A DNA stretch of 64,000 nucleotides from an uncultured virus (IMG/VR IMGVR_UViG_3300032250_000289). Lineage: Duplodnaviria; Heunggongvirae; Uroviricota; Caudoviricetes. Shown piece after piece: positions 46,243 through 55,082 of the stretch. A program made the translations under genes and the position numbers. The notes beneath the pieces are model-generated. The model saw only the letters and a program-made list of their open reading frames with translations, was not told the origin of the DNA and ran no database searches. Each line of letters starts with the position of its first letter. Position 1 is the first letter of the stretch. Location: the IMG/VR virus record IMGVR_UViG_3300032250_000289. One strand, given 5' to 3'.

Positions 46243-48060
46243 TTATGAACAATTAGCTGCGCATTCTTCTGGCGTAGAATAAAGTGTAGTGCTTGATGGA
46301 CAATTGCTAACAAGAGTGCCCCACGTTGAACAACTAGAACAAGATCCGTCAGCACAATAATATGATATTACTCGACTTGGCCCAACAGAAGCGTCCCCAG
46401 AGTCGTTTGAAACAATGCATGATTCCTCTATAGGCTCATTAATTTGTTTAAGTCCAAATGGGGGGCACGATGCTGGATTTATGCATGGGACTCCAAGCGG
46501 TAGATTTTTACAATCACTACTTCCTCCGGTGCATTGTCTTGGATCACTACAACTCCCCACATAATACCAACCTTCGGAAGAAAAGTCCCCTCGCGTTCTA
46601 TATTCATAAACACAATCATCGCACGCTGGTAAACAGCATAAGTCTGAAATTGGACATCCAGCAAGACTTAAATTGAAATGCATTAAACCGGGATTATCAT
46701 TTGTGCAATCGCCTTCGTGAAAGGTAAGTGTTGCAGACCCACAAGTAATACCAATACTATATGACCATTTTTGTAGACATGTTGTTGGTGTAAATTCTGT
46801 TAAAAGAACACTTGGATTACAGGTTATTGATCCTGTGATTGAATTATTTCCACAACCAAGATCTTTTGTGTATCTCCAAGTATATGCACCATTCATTGTA
46901 TACTGTACGTCTCTTTCTGCCGTTGGACAAATAGAGGATATATCAAATGCGCCAAATCCGTTCCAATTACAGGTGGGTGGCGGTGTAGTCGTAGTGCTTG
47001 TAGTGGTGGTTGTGGTGGTGGTTGTGGTGGTAGTTGTGGTAGTTGGGGTGGTTGTGGTGGTTGGCACTGGCGTGGTGCTAGTAGTTGTAGTGGTTGTGGT
47101 GGTTGTGGTGGTTGGCACTGGCGTGGTGCTAGTAGTTGTAGTTGTAGTTGTAGTTGTAGTTAATGGTGGCGGCGTTGTAGCGGAGCATTGAATAACACTA
47201 ACTACATTCGATAGAGTAAATGTGGTTGGTAATCTATCACAGCAACTAATATTAAAATTCTCGCATAAACTATAAAATTCTATTTGCAGTGTTTTATTAT
47301 TAATGTCCACATTATTTAGGGCGTTGCACTCTAAAACTATAGCTTTATAGTCTAAGTAAGATGTATCTGAGTATGGACTTATTGTACTATTAATAACTCC
47401 TAGAGCATGATTAGCAATGATCTGCTTCGTTTCTTTGATTCTTACTATGATTTGAAGGGCATTTTTGATGGTATCGGAATAATTAGCTCTATCAACATAT
47501 AGTAGAATATACTTTGGATATAATGGATCTGTCCGCTTAATGCGCGGCATAACGGTTACAAACTTTTGTTTACTATGAAGAAACACATCAACGTTGTGTA
47601 ACATGGTGTCATCATGATAATTATCAACACCAATTACGCGAACACGCCCGCCACCACTAATTGTCGTATTTCCAGTAATATTTATTATACCAGCCATGCT
47701 GGAATGAAATTCACAGTTGTAGTATAGGGTATTTGGTGCGTTGGCCGCAATGGTAAATGTTAACGTTCCATTAGAAGTTCCGTTATTGATAATGCCCGCA
47801 TTGTAAGCGTTAGTTTGTCCAGTGGTGCGAGTTGTTTTAATCCAGAAAGGATGACCAGTAGCATTAATATTGAACGTATATGTCATGCCTCTTATAAGAT
47901 TTAGCGTCGGGTTACTAGATCCATTAATTACATATGAGCCGCTACCGCTGTTGGTGACATTAAATGCTATAGGCGATTGAGTGGTGGTTGTGGTCGGGGA
48001 GTATCTACTTCCCTTTGGGAAGCTGAATGATCCGCACGGAGTTGAAGGTGAATATGCCAT
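46243..48060 (-). CDS. virion protein with cupredoxin-like domain, Thr-rich tract and Cys-rich C-terminus
   Basis: Start probably MAYSPS at 48060; GHPFWI...LYYNCEFHSSMAG (H, C-x2-H-x2-M); about 60-aa poly-Thr/Pro tract; many Cys in the C-terminus. Confidence 0.7.
   Translation of the reverse strand: MAYSPSTPCGSFSFPKGSRYSPTTTTTQSPIAFNVTNSGSGSYVINGSSNPTLNLIRGMTYTFNINATGHPFWIKTTRTTGQTNAYNAGIINNGTSNGTLTFTIAANAPNTLYYNCEFHSSMAGIINITGNTTISGGGRVRVIGVDNYHDDTMLHNVDVFLHSKQKFVTVMPRIKRTDPLYPKYILLYVDRANYSDTIKNALQIIVRIKETKQIIANHALGVINSTISPYSDTSYLDYKAIVLECNALNNVDINNKTLQIEFYSLCENFNISCCDRLPTTFTLSNVVSVIQCSATTPPPLTTTTTTTTTTSTTPVPTTTTTTTTTTTSTTPVPTTTTTPTTTTTTTTTTTTTTTSTTTTPPPTCNWNGFGAFDISSICPTAERDVQYTMNGAYTWRYTKDLGCGNNSITGSITCNPSVLLTEFTPTTCLQKWSYSIGITCGSATLTFHEGDCTNDNPGLMHFNLSLAGCPISDLCCLPACDDCVYEYRTRGDFSSEGWYYVGSCSDPRQCTGGSSDCKNLPLGVPCINPASCPPFGLKQINEPIEESCIVSNDSGDASVGPSRVISYYCADGSCSSCSTWGTLVSNCPSSTTLYSTPEECAANCS
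46975..47182. repeat. ACN-codon low-complexity tract with a 51-nt-period duplication
   Basis: GTN triplet runs on plus; TTGGCACTGGCGTGGTGCTAGTAGTTGTAG at 47061 and 47112. Confidence 0.9.
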
Positions 48061-48064
48061 GATA

Positions 48065-49330
48065 TTAGTATGTTGCGCAACAACACCTAGTTGATACTCC
48101 ATTTATGATATAGGTAACAAGAGCATCATTTCCAAAACATCCCTCTGGTGGTGCTAGATCGCCATCGTAATAAGTATATGTTGGATCAGACTCACAAGCT
48201 GATCTACAGTCTGTTACGGGAGTGGCAGTTGTAGTTGTCGTTGTTGTAGTAGTGGGCGCGGGTGTCGTGGTTGTTGTTGTGGTTGTAGTGCTGGTGGTAC
48301 TAGTAGTAGTGCTGGTGGTACTAGTAGTAGTGCTGGTGGTGCTAGTAGTAGTGCTGGTGGTGCTAGTAGTAGTGCTGGTGGTACTTGTTGTGCTTGTTGT
48401 GCTGGTGGTGGTACTGGTGGTGGTACTGGTGGTGGTGCTAGTTGTGCTGGTCGTGCTAGTGGTTGTGCTGGTCGTACTAGTCGTAGTAGTGGTAGTTGGA
48501 ACGGGTGTAGTAACCGTAGTTGTTGTGGTTGTTGTAGTTGTGGTGGGCGTAATATCAATAACACACACATTATCAATAGCTGGACCAAAAGAACCACTTG
48601 ATAAACTATGGAATGCAATCCGCGTTGTGGTATTTGTAGCAATAAATGTGAATGTTTTGGTTTGCCAATTCATTGATTCGTATGTACCATAAGTTGTTCC
48701 AGTAGAATCAAAATTATACATTTCGGTATACAATAATGTGTACTCAGGAACTCTAAATATAGAAACTTGAGCGAGTTTAACACCAAGATTACTAGCATTA
48801 TTGGCTGAATAATTAAAACTAACTTGGTAAGTTCTTCCTATGACCGTTGAAAAATCTTGACTTATAACACCAGCAGTTGTAGAATTTAAATCGACAAACC
48901 TTTTTCGTGGTTGTGAAGGATTGGTATATGATAATGAGTGTATATCTATATTACCTCCTGTCCAATCTGTAGCATTTCCGCCTCCACCGGAACTGCCTTC
49001 AGCACCTAATTCAAAATCACCATTAAGAATTAGATTTCCAACACAAACATTTGACGGAGCGGTTGTAGTTGTGGTTGTAGTGGTAGTTGTTGGAATACAA
49101 TTAACAATACTAACAGAATAAGATCGCGTTAATGGTGGGAATCTTTTAGAAAAATCTTCAACCGCTATAATAATAGAGTAGTTATTTTTCACTCTACTAT
49201 CTAAAACAATATCATCTTTAAAATATAACTCATTATTTCTAATTGTAAACGAACTTCTATCATTGCCATAAATATTAATAACATATGGGCCACAAGCATC
49301 ATTGGATATATTTAAGTCTGCAAGTTTCAT
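48065..49330 (-). CDS. DUF642-like carbohydrate-binding domain protein with long Thr/Ser tract
   Basis: NLILNGDFE...VDLN...ISQDFSTVIGRTYQVSF...GPAIDNV; about 110-aa T/S tract; small Cys-rich C-terminal domain. Confidence 0.7.
   Translation of the reverse strand: MKLADLNISNDACGPYVINIYGNDRSSFTIRNNELYFKDDIVLDSRVKNNYSIIIAVEDFSKRFPPLTRSYSVSIVNCIPTTTTTTTTTTAPSNVCVGNLILNGDFELGAEGSSGGGGNATDWTGGNIDIHSLSYTNPSQPRKRFVDLNSTTAGVISQDFSTVIGRTYQVSFNYSANNASNLGVKLAQVSIFRVPEYTLLYTEMYNFDSTGTTYGTYESMNWQTKTFTFIATNTTTRIAFHSLSSGSFGPAIDNVCVIDITPTTTTTTTTTTVTTPVPTTTTTTSTTSTTTSTTSTTSTTTSTTTSTTTSTTSTTSTTSTTTSTTSTTTSTTSTTTSTTSTTTSTTSTTTTTTTTTPAPTTTTTTTTTATPVTDCRSACESDPTYTYYDGDLAPPEGCFGNDALVTYIINGVSTRCCCATY
48220..48550. 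repeat. Thr/Ser-coding tandem repeat (21-nt unit in the core)
   Basis: GTGCTGGTGGTRCTAGTAGTA repeated about four times from 48288, then degenerate copies. Confidence 0.9.
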
Positions 49331-49332
49331 AA

Positions 49333-49491
49333 TTATGGATATGAGGCGTTAACATCTGGGATCACTATAACTGAAAAATCTTCATCATCATTAACAACCG
49401 GCGGCGGCGTGGTTGTTGATGTAGTGGTATATACTTTGTATACCTTATCTGTGGGTGGAATTACTTTACAGTTCGCATATGGCTGTCCCAT
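49333..49491 (-). CDS. small 52-aa Thr/Pro-rich protein missing from the ORF track
   Basis: AGGA RBS then MGQPYANCKVIPPTDKVYKVYTTTSTTTPPPVVNDDEDFSVIVIPDVNASYP*; fills the gap, stop 2 nt before the next ATG. Confidence 0.7.
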   Translation of the reverse strand: MGQPYANCKVIPPTDKVYKVYTTTSTTTPPPVVNDDEDFSVIVIPDVNASYP

Positions 49492-49503
49492 AATTTATCC
49501 TAA

Positions 49504-52500
49504 CTAACAGGGACTATTTCCAACCCATATTGGCCTATATTCATTATTTATTCTAATAGCCACAACATATGTGCCGTATGGAATATTAAGTATGGTGTCT
49601 CTATTATATAGTACAACACTTCCAGAATCAGACCAATTACCGCCCTTCGTAATCAAAATGCCCGTCGTTGGGTGTGAACCAGCGCTAGGTGGTCGAATTT
49701 CATTAGATGTATAACCTTCTACAAATAAACTATTTATTGAATTTTCTAGATTGGTAATCTTGGAACCTTGTGAATTAACATCATCTAAAAATGAAGCCGA
49801 GTATAAAGAAGTGTTATCTCTAAATCTAATGTCACCCAACAACTTGAAGTCACCTTTTAGTTCGGCATAAGGTCTTGGAGAAATTGGCTGTTGATAGACT
49901 GGGGTTATTGTTGGGCTAGCAACATTACTTTTCAGTAGAAGTAGATCATTAGAAGAATTACCACTAAATTTAAACGTTAATGTATTATCTGGATAATCTG
50001 ACCCACTCTTGTCAACAACTTCAATAGTATTGGCTTGTAGTGATAAGCTGTCAGTATTGGTTGAGTCTTTAATAACTAGCTTACCACCACTTGGCATAAT
50101 TAACTGTTTGTCGCTCTGTGTTGGACCAGTAATACCATGTAATAATACTAGACTACTATTATTAGAACCTAGTAAGAAGTTATAGTTGCTATTTAAATTA
50201 TTTCCAAGACCATTAGCACCGATAACTATATTAAAACTAGCAGAGCCAGATGTATTATTGTAGATATCATGACCAAACACAGTATTATTGAAACCAGTAG
50301 TTAAACTATTAGCAGAAGTTGCTCCAAAAATAGTATTGTGATATCCAGTAGTAATTCCAGTAGCTAAAGTTGATCCAAAAATAGTATTTTTATAGCCAGT
50401 AGTGATAGAGTATAAAGATTTATATCCAACAACAGTATTATTACTTCCAATAGTACCAAGCCGACCGCTTGGGCATAAATATCCACCATATGTATTGAAT
50501 TGGTTATCTGTAAATAGTGCCCTAGCATCAACATTGTTGTGTTTATTGATAACTAAATCATGCTGGTTGCCACTACCATCAAGGAAATAGATTGATTGTC
50601 CTTGATTAAAAGAAATATTTGGTTTAACAAATAACTTACCGTATTGAGCGGTTGCTGATGGAGAAGTGCTATGCTCATACATGCTAACTGCGGTATTTTG
50701 ATAGCCACTACTACCTATAGTAATCATTGCGTTTGGCGTTGGATTTCCAGATGGAAACATTGACATAAAACCGGTTTCGTGCAACCGCATAAAAACGCGC
50801 TTACCAGAATCTTTATATAGACTCAGATCACCCTGTGCAGTAAAATCTGAATACTCAAGCTCTAAAGCATTTTGTAAGCAATTATTGCCACCAACTAACT
50901 GTAGAGAAGCTTTTGTGTTAGCAAAATTTTCAGTTGATAATCTAGCGATAGCATTGCCAGTTGTGCGAATATTGAATATTGTTTTTGGAAGAATATCTTC
51001 AACGCCGGGAGACAGTGTTGATAAACCAAAAACCCCCTCATTATTATTTTTCATCAATGTGATAGCATTCAACATCGATGATGTATTATCATAAGATCCA
51101 ATAACAAATCTATCAGTTAAAGAACCAATAACATTTAGGTTAGAGTCATCAATATATCTTAATTCAAAGCCACTAAGTTTATCTTTATTATAATTGTCAG
51201 CATCTCTGGTTCTTCTTTTTGTGTTTGTCAAAAATCGCTGACCGATGGTTACTCCAGATTCTGGAGCAGAAATAGCAACAAAATAATTCGATATATCGCC
51301 AGAGTTTGCTAAGAAGTTTACGTTGCTAATTCCAGCTAAATGTCCACTTGTGCTATATAAGTCAGATGTTAGTAAATTTTCTCTAGACACATACAGTCTA
51401 TTATCATTTCTAACGAATAGTCCATAGCATCCAGAATTACTTGTGATACTTAAGTCTTTTGTTGTGATAATTTTGTTAGTTCGAAGATGTGTGCCATTAT
51501 CAAGATTTAAACTAATATTACTATTCCATGAGGCTTGAGCGTAAACATTGGTTGTTGAAACACAGTCTTGACTTACTGGTGGTAGAAATGTAAACTTATA
51601 ATCTCGTTGATAGCCCACTCCGCTAGATTTGATAACGACACCAGCATTTATCAAGTCACCATCGCTCATGAAACCATATGGTGGTTCTATAACATTACTA
51701 ACATTTTGATAGTCTAATAATCCGTATGGGCCACCACCATCTATAATATCTACTTCTCCGCTAGCACCTAAGAAAAGTGTTTTTGCTGAGTATTCATTAT
51801 TGGTAACTGCTTGATACTTATTTATTCTGGCTATGCCGCTAACATACAAATTCTCAAAATAACCTCCACGCCATCTAGTTGATGTTAATCCTAAATCATA
51901 ACTATTATGTTTTGCTGGTAATAAATTTCCAGAAACAAATATTGAACTATCATTACTAGATAGATTAACACCACCAGAGAAATTTATGCTATCAGCTAGA
52001 TATAATTTTGACCAATAATATGAAGATGAGCCTAAATTGTATAGATTTCCACTTGAGGGCGAAGTGTGTCCACCAACTTGTAAAGCTCCGTCATTATGAA
52101 GGGAGTTAGTATTAATACCAACTTGACCAAGTTCAAAGTCGCCATAGATTAGCGTGGTTAAACCGGAGCCAAGAGGATTGGCGCACACATACTCTTCATC
52201 AACAAAGTGAGAAGCAATAAATAATTTATTATTGGTATGTCTATTTGCAAAATAACCAGCAGCATGTCCAATAGCAACGTTGCCACTACCAACCTTGTTA
52301 TGATTTAAGGAGTAGTTTCCTAATCCAACATTGGCGAAACCAACAGTATTACCGCCAAGAGCATTATAGCCGATACCAACATTGTTCTCTCCATATACAT
52401 TACAGCTTAGTGATTTAGAACCAACTGATGTGTTTTGTTTGCCAGTATAGTTTGATCTTAAAGCATAATAACCGAAAGCTGAGTTATCTGTGCTAACATA

Positions 52501-52728
52501 CCCATTCAAGCCAAGATTTTCTAAAGTGGATTCACCAGCTTTAGTAGTTCTTGTTGATGGTGTGCCAAAATTTAAACCAGTAAGATTTTGGTTAACTGTT
52601 AATAGATGTACAGAATCTATAATATCTAATAGATTATGTCTTACATCATTGGGGGAAATATTGGCTGTAGCATTATCAGCTAACTCGCTAACTATATTGT
52701 TAACGAGTTGTAATTTACCTACAATCAT
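49504..52728 (-). CDS. fibre protein with trimeric beta-roll-like repeats
   Basis: Two blocks of N(T/V/S)x(V/I/F)Gxx(A/S)L...TG..N repeats and YNLG....W..LY / YDLG....RW motifs typical of phage fibres. Confidence 0.7.
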   Translation of the reverse strand: MIVGKLQLVNNIVSELADNATANISPNDVRHNLLDIIDSVHLLTVNQNLTGLNFGTPSTRTTKAGESTLENLGLNGYVSTDNSAFGYYALRSNYTGKQNTSVGSKSLSCNVYGENNVGIGYNALGGNTVGFANVGLGNYSLNHNKVGSGNVAIGHAAGYFANRHTNNKLFIASHFVDEEYVCANPLGSGLTTLIYGDFELGQVGINTNSLHNDGALQVGGHTSPSSGNLYNLGSSSYYWSKLYLADSINFSGGVNLSSNDSSIFVSGNLLPAKHNSYDLGLTSTRWRGGYFENLYVSGIARINKYQAVTNNEYSAKTLFLGASGEVDIIDGGGPYGLLDYQNVSNVIEPPYGFMSDGDLINAGVVIKSSGVGYQRDYKFTFLPPVSQDCVSTTNVYAQASWNSNISLNLDNGTHLRTNKIITTKDLSITSNSGCYGLFVRNDNRLYVSRENLLTSDLYSTSGHLAGISNVNFLANSGDISNYFVAISAPESGVTIGQRFLTNTKRRTRDADNYNKDKLSGFELRYIDDSNLNVIGSLTDRFVIGSYDNTSSMLNAITLMKNNNEGVFGLSTLSPGVEDILPKTIFNIRTTGNAIARLSTENFANTKASLQLVGGNNCLQNALELEYSDFTAQGDLSLYKDSGKRVFMRLHETGFMSMFPSGNPTPNAMITIGSSGYQNTAVSMYEHSTSPSATAQYGKLFVKPNISFNQGQSIYFLDGSGNQHDLVINKHNNVDARALFTDNQFNTYGGYLCPSGRLGTIGSNNTVVGYKSLYSITTGYKNTIFGSTLATGITTGYHNTIFGATSANSLTTGFNNTVFGHDIYNNTSGSASFNIVIGANGLGNNLNSNYNFLLGSNNSSLVLLHGITGPTQSDKQLIMPSGGKLVIKDSTNTDSLSLQANTIEVVDKSGSDYPDNTLTFKFSGNSSNDLLLLKSNVASPTITPVYQQPISPRPYAELKGDFKLLGDIRFRDNTSLYSASFLDDVNSQGSKITNLENSINSLFVEGYTSNEIRPPSAGSHPTTGILITKGGNWSDSGSVVLYNRDTILNIPYGTYVVAIRINNEYRPIWVGNSPC

Positions 52729-52740
52729 TTTTCAGCTTTC

Positions 52741-53436
52741 TTAATTGAGGCTGATTTCTAATGAGTTAGAGTCAAATTTAATATTATCGCCCGTATATAC
52801 ATAGCGGGGGTTATCAAGTTTTGCATACATTAGAAGGTTGCCAGAGGCGTAATTTGATGTATCTACTACTGCTATTCCAGAAACCCATCCCCAATCGGTT
52901 AAAGCTGTTGGAAATACAATTTGATTTGAATTTTTAATAAATCCATTTCCTTCATAGGTTGTATAACCGGGATTAGTAGCCATGCCAGACTGCTGTAGGC
53001 TTAGTGGAGCATAGAATACAACGCTAGGATGCTCTACGAACCTGTAAGACTGCGCTAAAGTATTAGGGTCTGCACTTTTAGCTGTATCAATATTTAAATA
53101 TAATGGATAATAGTATCCCTTTAAACCAACTGTAATTCCAGTAGCGCTAGTACCAGATACTGTATATACTGTTGTGTTATCAACACCAACGTTATTCCAC
53201 GTTATATTGCCAACGCTTGATGGATTTCCTAGATTAATTCTAGAGTAGTTTGTTGTAACGAAGTTTGCACCTCTAGAAACACCAGAAGCTAATTCTGGAA
53301 TAGTTGATCCAGTGTCTGATTCAATTGGTACACCGCTAGTTAAAGCAATGGCAATTTGAGTCGGTTTTGCAAACGATGTTCCCTTGAAAATGTGAGTCAA
53401 AAGACCAGACTCTAAATAATCAGATAATGCGGCCAT
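52741..53436 (-). CDS. putative virion structural (fibre-associated) protein
   Basis: ALSDYLE...IAL...Y.R...N...IVFPTA..DWG.V...A..D....GNLL pattern common in phage virion proteins; AGGAG RBS. Confidence 0.6.
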   Translation of the reverse strand: MAALSDYLESGLLTHIFKGTSFAKPTQIAIALTSGVPIESDTGSTIPELASGVSRGANFVTTNYSRINLGNPSSVGNITWNNVGVDNTTVYTVSGTSATGITVGLKGYYYPLYLNIDTAKSADPNTLAQSYRFVEHPSVVFYAPLSLQQSGMATNPGYTTYEGNGFIKNSNQIVFPTALTDWGWVSGIAVVDTSNYASGNLLMYAKLDNPRYVYTGDNIKFDSNSLEISLN

Positions 53437-53471
53437 ATTTTTCTCCTAAAAGAGTCCTAAAAACTTATGAT

Positions 53472-53487
53472 CTATTGTTATATACAC
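53472..53487 (-). promoter_or_regulatory. GTGTATW-N6-TAG motif copy (candidate late promoter)
   Basis: Minus strand GTGTATATAACAATAG, starting immediately after the capsid terminator U-tract. Confidence 0.7.
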
Positions 53488-53522
53488 AAAAAAAGCCACC
53501 CCCAAGCAAATGAGGGCGGCTT
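53488..53522 (-). terminator. intrinsic terminator after major capsid gene
   Basis: Minus strand AAGCCGCCCTCA-TTTGCT-TGGGGGTGGCTT then TTTTT. Confidence 0.85.
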
Positions 53523-53553
53523 AATTGTTAACCTATACTATTAGTATTATAGA

Positions 53554-54561
53554 TTAGAATGAGCCAAGAATGACTCTTCGGTTATCTAGAACACCAAAGC
53601 CAAGTTCAGCAAAACCATAGTAACCGGCGCGCTGCTGACGGTGTAGAGTGGGATCTTCAAACACCTGTAGCTGCTCCTTAACTGGCATAACGAAACTATC
53701 GCTATTAGCTTGGTCAAGACCAACTACTAGCTCAAGATCGCTACTCTGAACTGCGCCACCAAGATCAGTGGTGAAGAAGTTCTGATATTCCTGACCTTCG
53801 CCTAGTTCATCTAGGTCATGAAGATTAACACCGAAGATTCTGGCGATTGAAGCGCCACCGTCTGCGGAGTTGTAGATTTCTCTACGTGTTACATCATCAA
53901 TCTGGTCAAGACCCCAACTACGAACGTCTTCAAGAGCTTCTGGGCTAACATAAAGATCGGTTAGGCTACCACGACCAACTGATGCTGAGTTACCACCGCT
54001 ATTGCGGCGCATAACTGTCTTCATAAGAGAAACTAGTCTCTTTGAGAATAGACCAGATGTTGCGTCAGCATCGAACACTAGAATGTTACGATCAACGCCA
54101 GCGGCTAGAAGTGTGTGCCAGCCGTCATCATTCATCTTCTTTGTGAAACCAGCTTCCATAACCTGTAGGGCACGACCAACAATGTCCCATCGTGCTTCGC
54201 GGGCATAGCGAAGAAGATAGTCAACTGAAGATGTGATACTATAGGTTGGGATCATTACGTAATCGCCTTCAACACTTCTCTCTGGCACTCTACCGTGACC
54301 GGGATTGGTGTAAGCGACATGCTCACCTTCAAGGCCGGGGGAGATAAGGTCAAGAGGGAACTCTGTTGTTGAGCCGGATTCAACATTGATAACTTCGAAG
54401 ATGTTACCAAGGATGTTACCGACCAAGACACCCTTACGTAAGGGTAGTTCTAAAGCCTTTGCAAACTCTCTCTGAGCGGCAGCGGCTACATTGATATCGG
54501 AATCCCCTGACTTGCGTAGGAGGCCGATAAATTCATCACTAGGTCTTTTGTTTACGGGCAT
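53554..54561 (-). CDS. major capsid protein
   Basis: 335 aa after portal-scaffold-decoration genes; AAGGAG RBS, GC-richer codons, followed by a terminator; LYVSPE and IFGV.L patterns of HK97-fold capsids. Confidence 0.85.
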   Translation of the reverse strand: MPVNKRPSDEFIGLLRKSGDSDINVAAAAQREFAKALELPLRKGVLVGNILGNIFEVINVESGSTTEFPLDLISPGLEGEHVAYTNPGHGRVPERSVEGDYVMIPTYSITSSVDYLLRYAREARWDIVGRALQVMEAGFTKKMNDDGWHTLLAAGVDRNILVFDADATSGLFSKRLVSLMKTVMRRNSGGNSASVGRGSLTDLYVSPEALEDVRSWGLDQIDDVTRREIYNSADGGASIARIFGVNLHDLDELGEGQEYQNFFTTDLGGAVQSSDLELVVGLDQANSDSFVMPVKEQLQVFEDPTLHRQQRAGYYGFAELGFGVLDNRRVILGSF

Positions 54562-54592
54562 GTTTAATTCTCCTTATATTTTTCTATTTAGA

Positions 54593-55060
54593 TTAGGGAA
54601 GGTTGACTTCGACTTTGGCATAACCGTCTTCGTCCTTACTAGTAAGGAATCGACCAACCATTAGTGTGCCAGAACTGCCGGGGCTATCGGGACGAATGTT
54701 ACCGGCTGTTACGTGACAAGCAAAGGCTGGGTCACCAGCGACGGGTGTGCCAGTGAGAAGGTTAGTTACAACATAACCCTTGCGGAGTACTGTAACTTTG
54801 CCACCCTTCTGTACTTCATCCTTATGCTGATTAAGGTGAGTACGGGTTAAATCCTTATTTACTACGTCGTTAAGTAGGATACCTACTGGGCGACTTGCTG
54901 CTGTTACAGCGGCATATGTAACAAGGTTAACACCCTGATCCATAGCTGCGCCAGAACCGGCAGTACCGTGAACAACGACACCACCGCGTGAAGCAGTGCC
55001 AGCATTGTAAAAGAAACTGATATCGGTCTGGAATTCGTATCTATCTGATTTTAGGGCCAT
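54593..55060 (-). CDS. capsid decoration/cement protein
   Basis: 155 aa between scaffold and capsid; PVGILL...GGKVTVL..G.V.T...VGRFL..KD.DGYAKV beta-tulip-like pattern. Confidence 0.7.
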   Translation of the reverse strand: MALKSDRYEFQTDISFFYNAGTASRGGVVVHGTAGSGAAMDQGVNLVTYAAVTAASRPVGILLNDVVNKDLTRTHLNQHKDEVQKGGKVTVLRKGYVVTNLLTGTPVAGDPAFACHVTAGNIRPDSPGSSGTLMVGRFLTSKDEDGYAKVEVNLP

Positions 55061-55082
55061 AATTTTTTCTCCTATTTTGAAA

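Noticed and set aside
46975..48550. Possible CRISPR array
   Set aside because: The repeats are contiguous triplet-based coding repeats without unique spacers, and no cas genes are present.
46835..48692. Plus-strand Val-rich ORFs (46835-47191, 48222-48692) and minus-strand 48214-48642
   Set aside because: These are antisense or alternate-frame shadows of the Thr-codon repeats, with no independent coding evidence.
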